64,000 bases of DNA, from positions 1 through 64,000 of the IMG/VR virus record IMGVR_UViG_3300033066_000410. One strand, given 5' to 3'. The notes below the pieces were generated by a model. It ran no database searches. It had not been told where the DNA came from and saw only the letters and a program-made list of their open reading frames with translations. Both the position numbers and the translations under genes were made by a program. This DNA is from a virus. Lineage: Duplodnaviria > Caudoviricetes. Below, in pieces: positions 27,416 through 37,482 of this stretch. Numbering within the stretch: position 1 is the stretch's first letter; each line of letters begins with the position of its first letter.

Positions 27416-29592
27416 TAGTTACCTCCTTGTTTGTGCATTTCTCTTAAATACCTAGCTGTTTGCTCTGCATGTTCTTTGGCAGAGGTTGTGTTTAACTGAG
27501 TTCCCGAAGGAAGGAGGAAGTTAACATCAACTTTTTGAATTGTCACAGTGCCCTTATTATCTGAATTGGCAGCGGGACTAGCCCCCTTACTAACTGGAAG
27601 AACCCTAAAATTGCTGAAAGGGTCGTTAATCTCCGCAGCACGTTTAGCTCTAGCTTGTTTTTCCTGAGCAGTCATTTGACGAAACTGTCCATTCTCCAAA
27701 ATCATGTCTTCGTTAATACTAACGTCACTTCCTTTATTTCTAGCAGCATCTTTTTCACCAAACTGGTTAACCGGAATTTCGGGGTGGTCTTTCAAGTAAT
27801 TTTGGAACCATTGCTGACTTTCATCACGAATATCTTTTCCAGTGCCATATTTATTATCATACCACTTGTAGGTCATAAAGCCGGCAACTGCTGTAGCCAA
27901 GGCTGCTAAAACGTAAGGATTCGTAGCGTAGCTCATAGCAGAAGAAAGTAGACCTCTTGCTCCTGCCGCACCTGCGCCGGTTCCGGTAACTCCTCCCAAA
28001 CCTCCACCGATTCCGCCAAGTCCGCTACCTGGCATATTGAGCACCCAAACGTAAGTATACTCTCCAGTAGCCAAAGCCGCCTTAGCGGTCATATCCTGTA
28101 TTTTCTTACTCAAAAAATTAGGTGCGAACATTTGAGCTAGGCCGGAACCAATTTTTCCAAGACCTCCTAAAGCGGAACCTACACTGCTAACGACAGGAGC
28201 AACTAGTTTCCATGAAAGAAGAAGCGCGGTAATTGTGCCTAAGCGGTCACCCAACTTTTCCATGTTTATCATGTTCTTACTATCTCCAATGATTCCAAAT
28301 AGTTTTCCAAAGAATGTAAGCACCGGAGATACAACGTCCCAAAACTTTCCCATCGTGTCTAAGAACCCTTTCTTAAAACCAGTAAGGAAATCCATCACTC
28401 GAATCTTAATAAGATACATGAAAACAATAAACGGAGCAACTTTGTTTTTCCAGTCAGAGAACCATGCGTCAGTAGCCTTTATAAAGTCTACGAATTTATT
28501 TGTTGTCTTATCAAGAAAACCATCTACGGAACTCCATATAGTTTTAAACAAACCTCCCATTCCGTGTGCGATACGCTCAAAACTAGGAGCCAGTTCACGC
28601 AACTTATTTACCTGCTTAGACAGGGTAACACTAACCGCGTTAGAGAAGGTTCCAACCTCCTGTGAAACACCTACTAAATCTAGTTTAAAGTAGTTGTATA
28701 TGTTGTGTAAAGAACTCAAAGAGCCGGCAATAGTTCTACTCATTTTTTCAGCAGCACCGCTCTCCATTATTCCTAAAAACTTAATAAGAGCCTCACCATA
28801 CTCTTTAGTGCCCTTTTTAGCGGCGGCAAGGGAGGGGAGCAACTTGGTAAGCTCCTCGTTACGTTTCTTATTTTTTCCATCGTCTAAATCAGTAAAACTA
28901 CCCATCGCGTTCTTAGCGATTGTAGGAAGACCTGCCTGTGTTATACCAAGGTTAGAAAGTCGTTGGAAGCTGCCTGACATAGATGCCTGAGCAACTATTT
29001 GGGTGGCCCGAGTGAGGTCAATGGCAGTAGCACCTGCTGCGCCGTTAGTTATTCGCTTACCTGCTGCAAAATCTGCTATATAGCGAAGGTTCCTATCAGC
29101 TTGTTTACTGGTCTTAGCCATTCCATTCATAGCCAAGTTAGCTACCGACTCGTGAATTTCATCTATGCTGAACATAGGATTCTCCATTTCAAACTTCCTA
29201 GCCGCTCGAAAGTGTTCCTTCACACGAGTAGCACTGCCAAACACTGTCATTAGTCGGGCATACACACCTTCTAACTCTGTAGCCGTGTGTAATAAGGAGT
29301 GCCCAAAGGCTCCCAAGCCCGTAGCCCCTAACAAACCAAATAGTGCTGTCTTTAAGTTGAATACAGAGTGTATGACACTATTTACTCCGCCGTTGAGTGT
29401 GGAAAATATACCCTTCATGCCGCCAAAAAAACCGCCGAAGTTCATATTCTTAAACGAGTTCATAACCGACTTAGAGATGCCGTTCAGCTTATTCTGAAAC
29501 TGGTTTAGGAACCCATTCATGCCTTGGTTGGCTTGATTAGGGTTAACAAACATATTCAGGTTTACCCCAAAGTTCATTACACCATTGCTCAT
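27415..29592 (-). CDS. tape measure protein
   Basis: 725 aa, helical, Ala/Gly-rich with W/F periodicity; follows the tail chaperones. Confidence 0.85.
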   Translation of the reverse strand: MSNGVMNFGVNLNMFVNPNQANQGMNGFLNQFQNKLNGISKSVMNSFKNMNFGGFFGGMKGIFSTLNGGVNSVIHSVFNLKTALFGLLGATGLGAFGHSLLHTATELEGVYARLMTVFGSATRVKEHFRAARKFEMENPMFSIDEIHESVANLAMNGMAKTSKQADRNLRYIADFAAGKRITNGAAGATAIDLTRATQIVAQASMSGSFQRLSNLGITQAGLPTIAKNAMGSFTDLDDGKNKKRNEELTKLLPSLAAAKKGTKEYGEALIKFLGIMESGAAEKMSRTIAGSLSSLHNIYNYFKLDLVGVSQEVGTFSNAVSVTLSKQVNKLRELAPSFERIAHGMGGLFKTIWSSVDGFLDKTTNKFVDFIKATDAWFSDWKNKVAPFIVFMYLIKIRVMDFLTGFKKGFLDTMGKFWDVVSPVLTFFGKLFGIIGDSKNMINMEKLGDRLGTITALLLSWKLVAPVVSSVGSALGGLGKIGSGLAQMFAPNFLSKKIQDMTAKAALATGEYTYVWVLNMPGSGLGGIGGGLGGVTGTGAGAAGARGLLSSAMSYATNPYVLAALATAVAGFMTYKWYDNKYGTGKDIRDESQQWFQNYLKDHPEIPVNQFGEKDAARNKGSDVSINEDMILENGQFRQMTAQEKQARAKRAAEINDPFSNFRVLPVSKGASPAANSDNKGTVTIQKVDVNFLLPSGTQLNTTSAKEHAEQTARYLREMHKQGGN

Positions 29593-29876
29593 GTCATGCT
29601 ATCGTTTTGCTCCTTCTCTTTTTTCCAAGATGCAAGCTCGAGTTTAAAAAAATACAACCTGTCTTCCCTTGTCATTTTAAGTAACTCTGAATACGGCTGC
29701 TTCAACCTTCGCATCAAAAATAAGCATTGTAACTGTAACGAAGGTATTTCTTCGTCCTCAATAAAAAAACAGCCTATCCAGTCGGTGTTGAGCCACGACA
29801 AGATAGAAAAATCTTTCGGATATGATTTTATCGGGATAAACTGCCCTCCTAAGAAAAGTTTATTGATTAAGAGAAA
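29589..29876 (-). CDS. frameshift extension (T part) of the tail assembly chaperone GT
   Basis: the -1 frame is open from the T TTT TTC slippery site (29873-29879) through the tracked ORF 29589-29801. Confidence 0.75.
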   Translation of the reverse strand, partial: FLLINKLFLGGQFIPIKSYPKDFSILSWLNTDWIGCFFIEDEEIPSLQLQCLFLMRRLKQPYSELLKMTREDRLYFFKLELASWKKEKEQNDSMT

Positions 29877-30718
29877 AAATCACTCGGAGCAACGAAGTAT
29901 GGTATTTTTCTACGCTTAGGGCATGGGCAATCCTGTTCGTAATACATCTTAGCAGATGGTAGAGAAGTTTGTAAGCCGCTACGAACTGCTCTAAGGGTTT
30001 TAGTGTCCCAATCTTTGCGGAAAAGTAGCTTACCTCTGCCGGTAATAAATTGTTGGCTGATGAACTCTTTTTGCTCCGCTTTTTCGCCTTCATACTCTAG
30101 TCCAATAAGGCAGTCGAAAGCGATGTTCTGCCAAAATAGAACCTCATCTTGGGCAACTTTTTCGTGGCGGATAGCATCGGCTAAAACCGGTATGCGAAAA
30201 ACGGCTACATTATATTGCTTTCCCTCATAGTCTTTAAGTGCATCAACACCGGTGTTTATTATGTAGGTGCTGCCAAGTTTAACTCTTATGTTCTCAGGTA
30301 TTGGAGACTCAGCATCGAAAGGAACCTCAATCTTATTTAGGTCAACCTCCGGTATAGTAAGAGATTCAGCGCAGAATTTACAAACGGTTGTTTGGTCTTT
30401 GATAATATCCTGCCAACATTCTCTCTGTATTTGCAAAAGAAGATTACCTACGTCAGTTAAAGGAATTTGGGTAACAATCTCGGGAACCATTCTGCCGGTT
30501 TCCTCGCTGTCAAAAAATGGTTTTGCTACTGGTGTTGAGCCTATAGCTACAACAGATGCAGAAATAACATCGGCAAACCAAGAGTAAAGGCTTGATGTTG
30601 ATTTTTCCTGCGTGTAAACTCTCTCTACGTTTGCGCTACCTCTGTTTATGGTAAGCTCTTTAATTGGCTGTCCGTCTGTTGATTTAACTCCTACAGATAG
30701 TTTAAAAGTTTTCGACAT
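29867..30718 (-). CDS. tail assembly chaperone G
   Basis: upstream of the tape measure; CKFC...CPC Zn-like motifs; slippery site just before the stop. Confidence 0.75.
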   Translation of the reverse strand: MSKTFKLSVGVKSTDGQPIKELTINRGSANVERVYTQEKSTSSLYSWFADVISASVVAIGSTPVAKPFFDSEETGRMVPEIVTQIPLTDVGNLLLQIQRECWQDIIKDQTTVCKFCAESLTIPEVDLNKIEVPFDAESPIPENIRVKLGSTYIINTGVDALKDYEGKQYNVAVFRIPVLADAIRHEKVAQDEVLFWQNIAFDCLIGLEYEGEKAEQKEFISQQFITGRGKLLFRKDWDTKTLRAVRSGLQTSLPSAKMYYEQDCPCPKRRKIPYFVAPSDFFS

Positions 30719-30743
30719 GATTGCTTCGGTTTTAGTTAGGGAA

Positions 30744-30751
30744 CAAATATA
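30744..30751 (-). promoter_or_regulatory. -7 box TATATTTG upstream of the tail chaperone
   Basis: consensus match directly after a hairpin. Confidence 0.6.
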
Positions 30752-30756
30752 AAAAC

Positions 30757-30790
30757 AAAAAAGACTATCCGAATAATCGAATAGCCTTTT
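30757..30790 (-). terminator. probable rho-independent terminator
   Basis: imperfect stem flanked by A and T runs. Confidence 0.5.
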
Positions 30791-30822
30791 TGTAAGCCAC
30801 GGCTGGTGCGCAAGCCTGGCTT

Positions 30823-31047
30823 TTAGTTAGTTATAACCCAATCAGCAGCTACGCCGGCTACTGCCTCGCGGAAGTAGAACTTGTGGTTAGTGGTATCAAT
30901 GTAGGTAGAACCAATAGGGTAACGGTCTACGTTAGTCGCTATTTCGTCGTTGTTCGCAGGAGCACCGGTGCCTTTAAGGGCTACAGGGTCTACAACTTCT
31001 ACATCTTTGTAAGGGCCAGATAATACTTTAAGGTTGGTTGTTGCCAT
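30823..31047 (-). CDS. small virion/decoration-like protein
   Basis: YPIGSTYIDTTNHKFY...W motif resembles short fibre/decoration modules. Confidence 0.55.
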   Translation of the reverse strand: MATTNLKVLSGPYKDVEVVDPVALKGTGAPANNDEIATNVDRYPIGSTYIDTTNHKFYFREAVAGVAADWVITN

Positions 31048-31081
31048 GATTTTTATTTTTTGTGGTTGTTTACTTAATTAA

Positions 31082-31603
31082 TTACTCGCCCATAATGGTC
31101 ATATAAACCTTAGTTCCTTGCGCCTTGGGCAATGTGGTGTTGGGAACCTCCGCTCGAACGGTTATCGTTTTATTGCTGCCGCCGATTGATTTAACGTATG
31201 CTATGCCGCCAATCGTATCATTAGAGGTAACAGTAAAGTTAACGCTATAGATAGTCGTAAAAATAGCTGTTCCTGTTGCAGTTCCTTCAAGGGTGAGGGT
31301 ATCTACCACTAAACCACCACCACCGGCTACAGTAAGCTCACGGGTGTATATTTTGGGTTTGTGCGTAGTGGCTGCACCAGTTGTAGCAGGGCGGCTGTAG
31401 TGGGCGATACCAAGCTGCTTTAGGGAAAACTTTCTAAGCTCAGATTTAGCAGTAGTGAACGCTAAAAGCTCCGTGGTATCAGTAATACCAGTTCCATCGG
31501 ATTTTTGAACGTCCTTAGCTCTAACCCTACCTATAGGAGTTTGAGCCTGTAAGCCGGTTGCTACTAGTATAAAAAGGGAAAGAAAAGCAATTATCTTTTT
31601 CAT
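31082..31603 (-). CDS. signal-peptide-bearing Thr/Gly-rich beta protein
   Basis: MKKIIAFLSLFILVATGLQA|QT: basic n-region, hydrophobic h-region, small-x-Ala cleavage site, Gln at +1. Confidence 0.75.
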   Translation of the reverse strand: MKKIIAFLSLFILVATGLQAQTPIGRVRAKDVQKSDGTGITDTTELLAFTTAKSELRKFSLKQLGIAHYSRPATTGAATTHKPKIYTRELTVAGGGGLVVDTLTLEGTATGTAIFTTIYSVNFTVTSNDTIGGIAYVKSIGGSNKTITVRAEVPNTTLPKAQGTKVYMTIMGE

Positions 31604-31733
31604 TTGTGGTTTGTGTTTACTGTTAATAGGTTTTGGGTTTTTTCCGTCTTTCTCTCCACAAATAAAGCACTTTTGTTTAAGATAACAAAAGTTACGGTAG
31701 AGAACACAAAAAGGGCCAGGTATCGTCTCATAA

Positions 31734-32114
31734 TTAACTTTCGTCTTTTAAGTAGCCTGCAATTACTGAGCCAAGCGATGCTTCCACTTCTTTTCTTTCC
31801 GTCCCTAAGTCTGCTTCCGGTAAGGAAACCCTAACCGCGACCTTTAAAGAGCCTAGTTGAAAGTTCTTACTTTCAGTTCGGGTAACTAATAAGCGAACAA
31901 CGTTATTTTCAGTCCCGCCTACAAGGATATTTCCATAACCGGAAATGTTGGCTAAAGAGTATTTAGCCTGCATAACGTTATTAACCAAAAGGTATGCTCT
32001 AATTTCTGTAGCATCCTCTAGGTCAACTGCTCCGCCTGCATCGGTTAAGATAGGAACCTCAACTATAAGGTCTTCGCCTTGTTTTACTTTAATGGTTTGG
32101 TCTATGGTTTTCAT
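31734..32114 (-). CDS. BppU-N-like Ig-fold structural protein
   Basis: IKVKQGEDLIVEVPI...VDLEDA pattern. Confidence 0.55.
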   Translation of the reverse strand: MKTIDQTIKVKQGEDLIVEVPILTDAGGAVDLEDATEIRAYLLVNNVMQAKYSLANISGYGNILVGGTENNVVRLLVTRTESKNFQLGSLKVAVRVSLPEADLGTERKEVEASLGSVIAGYLKDES

Positions 32115-32188
32115 GCTTTAGCACATTTTCTTTTTCTTTCCGCCTTTAGGCTTCTTTACTGTTTTAGTTTTCATTGTATTTATTGGTT

Positions 32189-32635
32189 TTAAGTTCTTAC
32201 TTCTTGCCACTCGGTAACTGAGAACATATACAGCATATCGTATTTTTCCTCAGAATCGGTGCGCAACTGCGGGTGTTCAGTATCTTTCATTTTCATACCT
32301 AAGAAGATGATACGGAAAACCTCTTTTCCGCAGTGCATCTTCACAAGGTTACCGTCGAACTTTAAGCAGCCATCTAAAGACAGCTTGGTTAATGTCCGCA
32401 TGAAATCATCATCCACACTACCGTCATAAGCGCGAACGAGTGTGATGTCAGAAAACTCCTTAATTTGATTGGAGAATTTATACCGAACTCCCGAGCTACC
32501 ATCCACAATAGATACCTCTCCCGAAGATTTTTTTATCCCCGAAAGTTGGTGGAAGTGTGGAGACAGTAGCCCCTGTATCTCAAAATACCAACTGTTTGCT
32601 GTAAACAGGTTCGTTGGTCTTAATGGTCTTGGCAT
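32189..32635 (-). CDS. tail tube protein (T4 gp19-like)
   Basis: follows the sheath; WYFEI...FHQLSG...DITLVR; 148 aa. Confidence 0.85.
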   Translation of the reverse strand: MPRPLRPTNLFTANSWYFEIQGLLSPHFHQLSGIKKSSGEVSIVDGSSGVRYKFSNQIKEFSDITLVRAYDGSVDDDFMRTLTKLSLDGCLKFDGNLVKMHCGKEVFRIIFLGMKMKDTEHPQLRTDSEEKYDMLYMFSVTEWQEVRT

Positions 32636-32656
32636 TAGCTTGGGTTTTTAGTTGGT

Positions 32657-34507
32657 TTAAACAAGAGATAAAATACCATCGTTACGGCTCAACGTAATGT
32701 GCATGTGCTCGTTACATTCAGGTGGTATGTAAGATACATCTAAGTCGGTAGCCTTGCGGTCTTCTTTGTTAACTGTAACGGTAATAACCACGGCTGTGTC
32801 GAACGGTATGGTATTTTCGATACCTCCCTTGTTGTAAATATTTTGCATAAAAGCTAAGTAGTCAATTTGAACCTCTTTTAAGAAGGATTCACTAATTAGC
32901 TTCTGTATGAACTTAGCTCCACGGTCTACAAGGCTTGCACCTAACCAGTTTGCCTCTAAGCGAACGTGGATAGATGAATGTAGGTCGTCGTTGCTCATGG
33001 TGCGAGAAGACCAAATAACCCAACCGGTTTGTTTGATAAACTTAATAACGTTTATGTGCCATGTTTTAACGTAGCGGCTCATTGTAGTATCAGTCATGTT
33101 AGCATGGCTAAATTGAATAACACCAAATGAGTTGCTTTGTGTTCCGGCAGGAGGTGTCCAAACGTTACCGTTGTTCAATCCAGCAACACGTATGTAGCCG
33201 GCACCAAGTATATAGCCTAGGGCGGGAATCCATATTTTAGCACCGTTTTCATCATACACCTGTGCCCATTGTAAGTAGCCGCCGTTAAACGATTCAGAAC
33301 CCGAAAACATTCCGTTGTAGAACGAGGTAACCTGAGATTCTGTAGCATTAAAAGGCATGTTCCAAACGTAGAACTTCTTAACTGCCTTAGCGAAAGCGTC
33401 ACACTTTTGGTGGAAATCAAGAGTGAAAATCTCAGGGCAAACAAGCAACTGAACATCATACGAATCGAAGATAGCAAGGCCACTTGGCTCGTTAGTTATA
33501 TCAGCATACTTAGGCTCATAATCAGCCTGAACCGGAGCATTATAAACTCCGCCTGATAGGTTCGCCTCGAAAGGTAAACCATCTAGTTCTACACCATAAT
33601 CAATCTCTTCCATCATTACAAAATCACTAACGGTGTTAACCTCGTCTTGCAACGACTGCCAAGTTGCTTGAGCAAAAGATTCAACCAAAGAGTTTTTGTA
33701 ATATACGTTAAGTAAATACTTAGTTGGGTTACCATTAGCATGGCCTATAGGATAAACCTTTACGGAAAGGTCGTCTCCCCAAGTTCCAACATCAGCTAAA
33801 CCTTGATAGGCGGCTATCAGGTAAAAAATACTTTCCGGTGCTGCGGTGTTGGTGGTTGAGCCGGTAAGCGCAAAAGAAACGTTAGCGGTAGCTCCGCGTA
33901 TTGTAAATACACCACCTGAACCTGATACTGGAGCCTCTGTAGTAGTTACCCATGCACTTGAGCTATTGGCCCCATTTGCGCGGTAAGTGTTTATGGCAGC
34001 AATTAAGCCTGTTTTAACCAATGCAGGAGTATCTCCTAGCACAGCTTCATAGCTAATGGTAACCCCGCCCAAAACTAAAGAGAAAGTATCACCAACCTCT
34101 ATTTCTCCTGAAATAGTGATGGTGTCAACTTGTTTAATGCCGGAAGCGGCAGCAGTAGTAACTGTTATGTCAATATCCTGAGTGTCGTCATGGATATTTT
34201 GAACTTCTACCTGAGAGGCTTCACAGTTGTCACCAACTATGCGAAGACCGTAAATGTTTACTCCGTAACCTCCTAAGTTTTCAAAAAGGTTATTAAGAAC
34301 ATACGGAGAATACATCGAAGAAGAAAATCCGCCGAACTTGGCGTTACGGTCTTTTGGGTCGGTAAACAGGAAAACCTGATTAGCCACCCCACGAACGCTT
34401 TGCATAGCGATACCGATATTGCGTGTGCTTATTCTCGAGCCTAACTGTAAAGAGTTCTTTACTTTTTCCTCGAGGGTAACACCTATTGAACTTTGAAAAC
34501 CGCCCAT
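32657..34507 (-). CDS. tail sheath protein
   Basis: 616 aa; WTPPAG, WHINVIK...WSSRTMS, IHVR, C-terminal YIPP. Confidence 0.9.
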   Translation of the reverse strand: MGGFQSSIGVTLEEKVKNSLQLGSRISTRNIGIAMQSVRGVANQVFLFTDPKDRNAKFGGFSSSMYSPYVLNNLFENLGGYGVNIYGLRIVGDNCEASQVEVQNIHDDTQDIDITVTTAAASGIKQVDTITISGEIEVGDTFSLVLGGVTISYEAVLGDTPALVKTGLIAAINTYRANGANSSSAWVTTTEAPVSGSGGVFTIRGATANVSFALTGSTTNTAAPESIFYLIAAYQGLADVGTWGDDLSVKVYPIGHANGNPTKYLLNVYYKNSLVESFAQATWQSLQDEVNTVSDFVMMEEIDYGVELDGLPFEANLSGGVYNAPVQADYEPKYADITNEPSGLAIFDSYDVQLLVCPEIFTLDFHQKCDAFAKAVKKFYVWNMPFNATESQVTSFYNGMFSGSESFNGGYLQWAQVYDENGAKIWIPALGYILGAGYIRVAGLNNGNVWTPPAGTQSNSFGVIQFSHANMTDTTMSRYVKTWHINVIKFIKQTGWVIWSSRTMSNDDLHSSIHVRLEANWLGASLVDRGAKFIQKLISESFLKEVQIDYLAFMQNIYNKGGIENTIPFDTAVVITVTVNKEDRKATDLDVSYIPPECNEHMHITLSRNDGILSLV

Positions 34508-34564
34508 GTGGATAGTATTTTATTGTTTTGGTTTTTGAAAAACGGCGAACTTCTGTAATACTCG

Positions 34565-34572
34565 CAAATGTA
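34565..34572 (-). promoter_or_regulatory. -7 box TACATTTG upstream of the sheath
   Basis: intergenic consensus match. Confidence 0.55.
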
Positions 34573-34598
34573 AGTAAATATTATTTTAAACGACCAAA

Positions 34599-35342
34599 TT
34601 AAACTCCGATTATTTTAATGGGGTTTTCTATAACAAACTGCTGTAGGGTGGTAAACTGGCCCTCGGTTAACGAAATAGAGCCATTTTCTAGATTAGCTTG
34701 GTTGATAGTAATTCCAAACCTTTCCATAAGGCTTTTTGTAATAGGAACCTTAAAGTGAACGTATGTTTTAAGCATAAAGTCAATTACCGATTCAAACATT
34801 CCATCGGTGCGGAGAACATTAAATACCTCTGAGCTATAAGGAACGACTACTCCTAGCGGCCCATCCTCTTCCGTCTCAACACGATTAAGTAAAAGAGCTT
34901 TATCGTTTTTCCATAGGTCGAAGTTCTTATAGAACCATGTAAGCATAGCATCGTAGGCACTTTCTGTCTCTGAAACAATGCTGCATTGATACCTAAAATT
35001 TAGGGGCGCAGGAAAAAATATTTCCATAGCAGTCCGGTTTATGAAGTCATACCCACCGGCTATACTTTCTTGGGTAAACAGAGACCTGGCTAAGTCGGGC
35101 TTAGGCTCAAAATTAGTAATGGTTATGTTAGGGTAATACTGAATACGGTCTTCCATTTGAGAAGAGCCGCCTCTTTTTGCATAGCGAACCAAAACACTTA
35201 CTGGAATATTCTTGTGCGTGGTCATGGGAATAAACGGAGCCTCCATACCATCGTCAAGCAAACCAGTTATAGGCTCTGCTTTATCTAGGAACAGACGGTA
35301 AAACTGCTCATTAACTTCCTGTATCGTTTTAAACTCGCCCAT
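34599..35342 (-). CDS. tail terminator / sheath stabiliser-like protein
   Basis: position before the sheath; YYPNITI, PAPLNFRYQC. Confidence 0.6.
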   Translation of the reverse strand: MGEFKTIQEVNEQFYRLFLDKAEPITGLLDDGMEAPFIPMTTHKNIPVSVLVRYAKRGGSSQMEDRIQYYPNITITNFEPKPDLARSLFTQESIAGGYDFINRTAMEIFFPAPLNFRYQCSIVSETESAYDAMLTWFYKNFDLWKNDKALLLNRVETEEDGPLGVVVPYSSEVFNVLRTDGMFESVIDFMLKTYVHFKVPITKSLMERFGITINQANLENGSISLTEGQFTTLQQFVIENPIKIIGV

Positions 35343-35806
35343 TACATTGTTGTTACATCAAAATTACGCAATTCTTCCTTCAAAATATTTTCTAAGTTCT
35401 CTATAAACACTCGGGTTGACTCTCTCCATAAAGGTCTGGCAGGCAGTCTATCTCTACCAAACTCGAGCATGTTAGCAAGCTCTAAAAAATCTTTTCCGCT
35501 CCGTGGGTGCTTTAAGCCTTCGGGAAACCCCACTTCAAAGTTTCCTTTGCGGCTAGCTACGGCTATTTTAGACTTATAGTAGCCCTCAGCGACAAAGGGG
35601 AGGTCGCTCCATCCTTTCATGCGCTTAACGTCAGACCATGCTTTTGATAGCTTAAAATCGAATTTATTAGTCTCAATATTGGTAACAACCATATCCTTAA
35701 ACCGATTAGCCAAAACAGGCGGAAGCTCAGTCTCTAGCACAGCAGAAACACGCTTTAACCACCTCTCAGGGTTCTCACCGGAATACGATATTTTTACTTC
35801 AATCAT
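35342..35806 (-). CDS. neck / tail-completion protein (HK97 gp10-like)
   Basis: LANMLEFG...PARPLWR. Confidence 0.7.
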   Translation of the reverse strand: MIEVKISYSGENPERWLKRVSAVLETELPPVLANRFKDMVVTNIETNKFDFKLSKAWSDVKRMKGWSDLPFVAEGYYKSKIAVASRKGNFEVGFPEGLKHPRSGKDFLELANMLEFGRDRLPARPLWRESTRVFIENLENILKEELRNFDVTTM

Positions 35807-36273
35807 TTTTTTCTTGGTAAGCTGCTTAAACGTAACTCTATAGCGATAGATAGCGACTGCTTTGTCTCGACAACCTCCATAGGCTCAAGCTCAATTATTT
35901 GCTGAACAAGGTATATCTCATCAAAAAGAGTAACCCGTATGCCGGCTTTACTACTCATAACCTGCTTAGGGAATCTATACTCACCAAGCTGCTTTTTAAG
36001 CTCTAGCGGAGATATAAAAACCCGAGAAACGACCTCCTCTACAATACCAAACTTATCCCTTTCTATTTTGGAGATAGTTCTGTTGTATAAACAGTGCATT
36101 TGAAGAGTTTTACCTGCTTCAAAGTTGACTGTGCTCTCACCGGTAAAGTCCGTGTATGTGCTGTAGGAAGTAATTTTTGGCAATTCAATTTTTACCAGTG
36201 AATTATTCTTACAAGTCACCACTTGTGAGAAGAAGGTCTTTTGTAAAGAGAGATAACGAGAGAGTGTCAGCAT
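35803..36273 (-). CDS. head closure (stopper) protein, putative
   Basis: position; beta-rich, 156 aa. Confidence 0.55.
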   Translation of the reverse strand: MLTLSRYLSLQKTFFSQVVTCKNNSLVKIELPKITSYSTYTDFTGESTVNFEAGKTLQMHCLYNRTISKIERDKFGIVEEVVSRVFISPLELKKQLGEYRFPKQVMSSKAGIRVTLFDEIYLVQQIIELEPMEVVETKQSLSIAIELRLSSLPRKK

Positions 36274-37129
36274 AAGCGTGGGAAATCCAATTTTTCTCTA
36301 GGACAAACGATGTAGAATTTATCGTGCTATCCCTTAGAGAATAGTCATTAAATAATTTTTCAAACCGGTCTCTTATGGATAGTTGTAGCTTGGTAAGAAA
36401 GTCATACTTATCACCCCATAGTGCGGTAAAGTCCTGTTCTACTTTCCCTAGCTCCTCTTGCCCCTCGCGCAACACAAATGTTTCGCCTACCTTGGTTGTT
36501 GTTTCCTGATACCGGTTTCTAAAATCTCCGGCACCGGCGCAAAGGTCGTCTACCTCTCCATTTTTTGTGCGAAGAAAGTTCATACTGGCAGTATTCTTTC
36601 TACGCTCTTCTATAAGGAAATAAGCGGCCCATAAAACCACTTTCTGCTGCTCCCTAGTGGTCATAACGCCGAGCATACGGTCAAGCTCTGCCGAGCCATT
36701 AAAATACACAAACGTATCAACGTATGGAGAGTATTCGTAGTCGTAGAACTTTTGAAAGTGGTCTAAAACTGTTTTATAAATCATTTCCACAGAAAAGTAA
36801 TTCCTACGCATTATTTCCTTTGGGCTATCGAGAGATACCGTAGGAATATCTTTTAGCGAAGAAGAATAGTCTAGTGGAACGTAATCTATAGACAATTTAA
36901 CGTCCACACCTTTATCTTTCAAAAAGGAAACTAAGTCGTAAAACTTAGGGGCCTCAGAGTATAGAAGTGTGGCGTTTGTAGAACCTGTAACCTCCGCTTT
37001 TTCGGTGTTTGCGCTAAAAGATAAACCCTGTTTCTGTAATGTAAAACAGGAAACAGGGTTTATATCTAAAATCAATTCTCGAACGGAAGTTACTATCTCG
37101 TTAATAGAAAGTAACTTAATTGTTGGCAT
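36209..37129 (-). CDS. head-tail adaptor protein, putative
   Basis: position after the capsid gene. Confidence 0.5.
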   Translation of the reverse strand: MPTIKLLSINEIVTSVRELILDINPVSCFTLQKQGLSFSANTEKAEVTGSTNATLLYSEAPKFYDLVSFLKDKGVDVKLSIDYVPLDYSSSLKDIPTVSLDSPKEIMRRNYFSVEMIYKTVLDHFQKFYDYEYSPYVDTFVYFNGSAELDRMLGVMTTREQQKVVLWAAYFLIEERRKNTASMNFLRTKNGEVDDLCAGAGDFRNRYQETTTKVGETFVLREGQEELGKVEQDFTALWGDKYDFLTKLQLSIRDRFEKLFNDYSLRDSTINSTSFVLEKNWISHAYADTLSLSLFTKDLLLTSGDL

Positions 37130-37134
37130 AGTGG

Positions 37135-37440
37135 TTACCCTACGATGTAGGCAATTTTACGTTCAAGTAATTTGTTTGCAAGGTGCGGCTCGATTTCTAC
37201 CGTGGCACCTTTCTTAAAGGTGTGCTTTTCGCTACCGGCAGTTAACTCGTGGTTTTCAAGGAACTTAACCTTTACTTTCTTAATCTTCTTTTCAGTAGCC
37301 TCAGCTACCACGATAGGTTTAACTGCTTTTCCGGTTTTTTCCTCAACAGTCTCTACTGCATCCTTTAATTCGGGTTCTGCGTTGTCTTTAACTTGCGCAG
37401 TAACCACTTTTTCCGGTTTTGTTTCTTCTTGCTTCGGCAT
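37135..37440 (-). CDS. hypothetical capsid-associated protein
   Basis: K/E-rich N-terminus, small C-terminal beta domain; directly after the MCP. Confidence 0.6.
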   Translation of the reverse strand: MPKQEETKPEKVVTAQVKDNAEPELKDAVETVEEKTGKAVKPIVVAEATEKKIKKVKVKFLENHELTAGSEKHTFKKGATVEIEPHLANKLLERKIAYIVG

Positions 37441-37482
37441 TGTTTTGTTTTTTAAATACGATTATAAAAAAGCCAGGTCGTG

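Noticed and set aside
19855-34507. Extracellular contractile injection system (eCIS) or T6SS rather than phage
   Set aside because: Contiguous capsid, scaffold, portal, terminase and replication genes show a complete phage.
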